Shown here: in pieces, positions 62,162-64,000 of the stretch | Position numbering within the stretch: the first letter of the stretch is position 1 | How the letters are laid out: each line of letters opens with the position of its first letter | Assembly: GCA_964106915.2 (NCBI GenBank) | Contig: OZ066929.1 | Reading direction: 5' to 3' (one strand) | Length of the DNA stretch: 64,000 bases | From: Podarcis gaigeae | Lineage: Eukaryota | Program-made: the position numbers and the translations under genes | Notes under the pieces: model-generated | Databases searched by the model: none | The model's input: only the letters and a program-made list of their open reading frames with translations | Told to the model about the DNA's origin: nothing

Positions 62162-62384
62162 CAGTAGACCCTCGAGTTGAGTACCGCTCTGGATACGTAA
62201 TTTTAAGGTTGCGAACACGGCAAACCTAGAAGTGTATACTTCCAGGTTTCACTGTGCGCACATGCGCAGAAGCGTTTTGTCGTGCTGCATGCGCATGCGC
62301 AGAAATGGCGCCTCCAGTTGCAGACTTTTCAGGTTAAGTACAGACCCCCGGAACGAATTTAATTCCTATCCGGAGGGTCCACTG
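62162..62384. mobile_element. Tc1/mariner (Tigger-like) MITE, related subfamily
   Basis: TA|cagtagaccctc ... gagggtccactg|TA; shares ttcaggttaag and ccggaacgaatt motifs with the other copies. Confidence 0.85.
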
Positions 62385-62809
62385 TATAGTGAGCAGAAGT
62401 GGATAAAGTGAGCCAGTGTAGAAGAGTATCAGACCAGGAAGAGGGAGGTGCTAGGTTCCAAGGCCCACTTAGCCATGAAGGTTCCTAGGTGATCTTGAGC
62501 CAGCAACAAACACTCCATGTGGCCTTGCTCACAGAGTTGTGAGACTGAAATGGGATGGGAGAGCACCTCAAAGAGGTCCAGGATAAAAATGGAATGGATG
62601 CAATTTAGGGAAAGAAAGTACATCTTTAAGGATGCCTCCTGCTTAGTGAAATGAAGTATCCAGATTTCTGTAAATTCACGCAAGTACGAAAATAGCATTT
62701 TTCTACATAATTTAGCATAATAAAAAACACAAAAGCCAAGTTTGAGACTCTTTGCTTTTAAATGACTGGATGCTCATAGATGAAAGAATATGTCAAACAA
62801 AGGAAAATG

Positions 62810-62823
62810 CCAGTAGGTGGCGT
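62810..62823 (+). promoter_or_regulatory. CTCF-like motif
   Basis: CCAGTAGGTGGCGT, 13/14 match to consensus. Confidence 0.45.
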
Positions 62824-63646
62824 CCAGGCTTACACAGAACAGTTCTTGGCTTTTGGTTAGGCCAAGTGCGTCAGTCTTTTTGGTGCTGCAAAAGGCCTTT
62901 CTGTGCATACATTGATTGACATTAATGTGGCTTTAGAAAGGCTTGAGTGTGGCTGACAAAGGCTGTTTCCGTTGCTGGATCTGCTGTGCAGCCCCCCTGA
63001 GGCAATCTGCTGGCACTCGTGAGAACCAGCTATATGAAGAGTTTGGACAGCAACTGGAGGCTGTGCTTCCTTGGTAATTGCCCCCGAATATTGCTGTCGT
63101 CCTTTTGATACCTTTATTTTTCACCAAGCCTTTGGGGTAAGGATTGAATCTTCTGTGGCTCTTTAATATTTCATATTACTGTGGATTTAAATATAGTTGC
63201 TTTTGTTCTGCATTTTTTGTGTAATTCAGATTGAGCTTTTTGGAAAAGTGGTATAAAACTGTTCTAATAAAATAAACAGGGAGAAGTAGTCACATCCCAC
63301 CAGTAGAAGATAGGGCATAGTTTTTCTTAGATGAGATTAAGGCTGTGCTTATTGAACTGATAGTGGGTCCTTGTGGGTATCGATCAAAATAACAGAAGCA
63401 TCCTGATTTAGCAAGAGAGTGGCATGCCTTTTGGAAATGGTAGCTTCAAGCTTTCCAGTGTTGTTAACATATTTCCATCCCTGGCCCTCTCAATTTTCAA
63501 GGGGGAGAACTAGTAGAGCAGAGTTAATGAAATTGCACCTGAGACCAATGTATTTTACTGCCTGAAGTTGAGCCCAAATGACACTCACTTCCTACTAGGT
63601 TCAACATTTGAAAACATTTTTCTATATGGTGCAGACACTTCCAGCT

Positions 63647-63978
63647 TCATAGAATCATAGAAATGTAGAGTTGAAAGTGACCCCAATGGTCATCTAGTCC
63701 AACCCCCTGAATCTCAGCTAAAGTATTCATGACAGATGGCCATCCAACCTCTGCTTAAAAACCTCCAAGAAAGGAGAGTCCCCCTCCTTCAAAGGGAGTC
63801 TCTTCCATTGTTGAACAACTTACTGTAAGAAAGTTCTTCCTGATGTTTAGGCTGAATCTCCTTTCCTGTAACTTTAATCCATTGGTTCAAGTCCTGCCTT
63901 TCAGAGCAGGAAAAAACAAGCATGCTCCATCTTCCATGTGACAGCCCTTGAAATATTTGAAGATGGCTATCATCTCTC
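63647..63978 (-). mobile_element. CR1 LINE 3' fragment
   Basis: Minus strand EMIAIFKYFKGCHMEDGACLF...GRT*TNGLKLQERRFSLNIRKNFLTV followed by the CR1 3'UTR and a ctatgattctatga tail. Confidence 0.92.
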
Positions 63979-64000
63979 AGGAAGGCTTGGTTTCCAGACA

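Larger units (their letters stand above)
35008..64000 (+). other. MSI2: Large intron downstream of the Musashi exon (3' end outside window)
   Basis: Starts with GTAAGT; the expected next exon (GFGFVTFE...) was not seen. Confidence 0.8.

Noticed and set aside
214-63127. The short ORFs in the six-frame track
   Set aside because: Apart from a decayed L2 ORF2 remnant (14499-14690) none resembles a known protein. Lengths fit chance ORFs and many run through microsatellites, the N gap or repeats. The real exon is too short to be listed.
1-64000. A novel multi-gene biological system
   Set aside because: The sequence is explained by one host exon, introns and familiar repeat classes; no intact transposase, reverse transcriptase, viral ORF or gene cluster was seen.

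Overview
This is vertebrate genomic DNA. The repeat content (CR1, L2, tRNA-head SINEs with CR1 tails, a 5S-derived SINE, Tc1/mariner and hAT MITEs) points to a squamate reptile, probably a lacertid lizard. The only convincing coding sequence is one 49-nt internal exon (34959-35007, + strand) encoding VEDAMLMFDKTTNRHR(G), part of RRM2 of a Musashi RNA-binding protein. No other Musashi exon is visible in the >34 kb upstream or ~29 kb downstream, which favours MSI2 over the compact MSI1. The rest is two very large introns containing transposon relics, microsatellites, a 132-nt assembly gap and several repeat-free, TF-motif-dense blocks that look like conserved non-coding elements. The supplied ORF track is essentially noise. 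I found no evidence of a new multi-gene system. The most interesting signals are RNA-level and regulatory: a candidate recursive-splice or poison micro-exon site at ~11030, a candidate alternative last exon at ~15902, a perfect 30-bp hairpin inside a MITE, an antisense solo LTR with promoter, poly(A) and CTCF-like motifs, and several young insertions with intact target-site duplications (TSDs).
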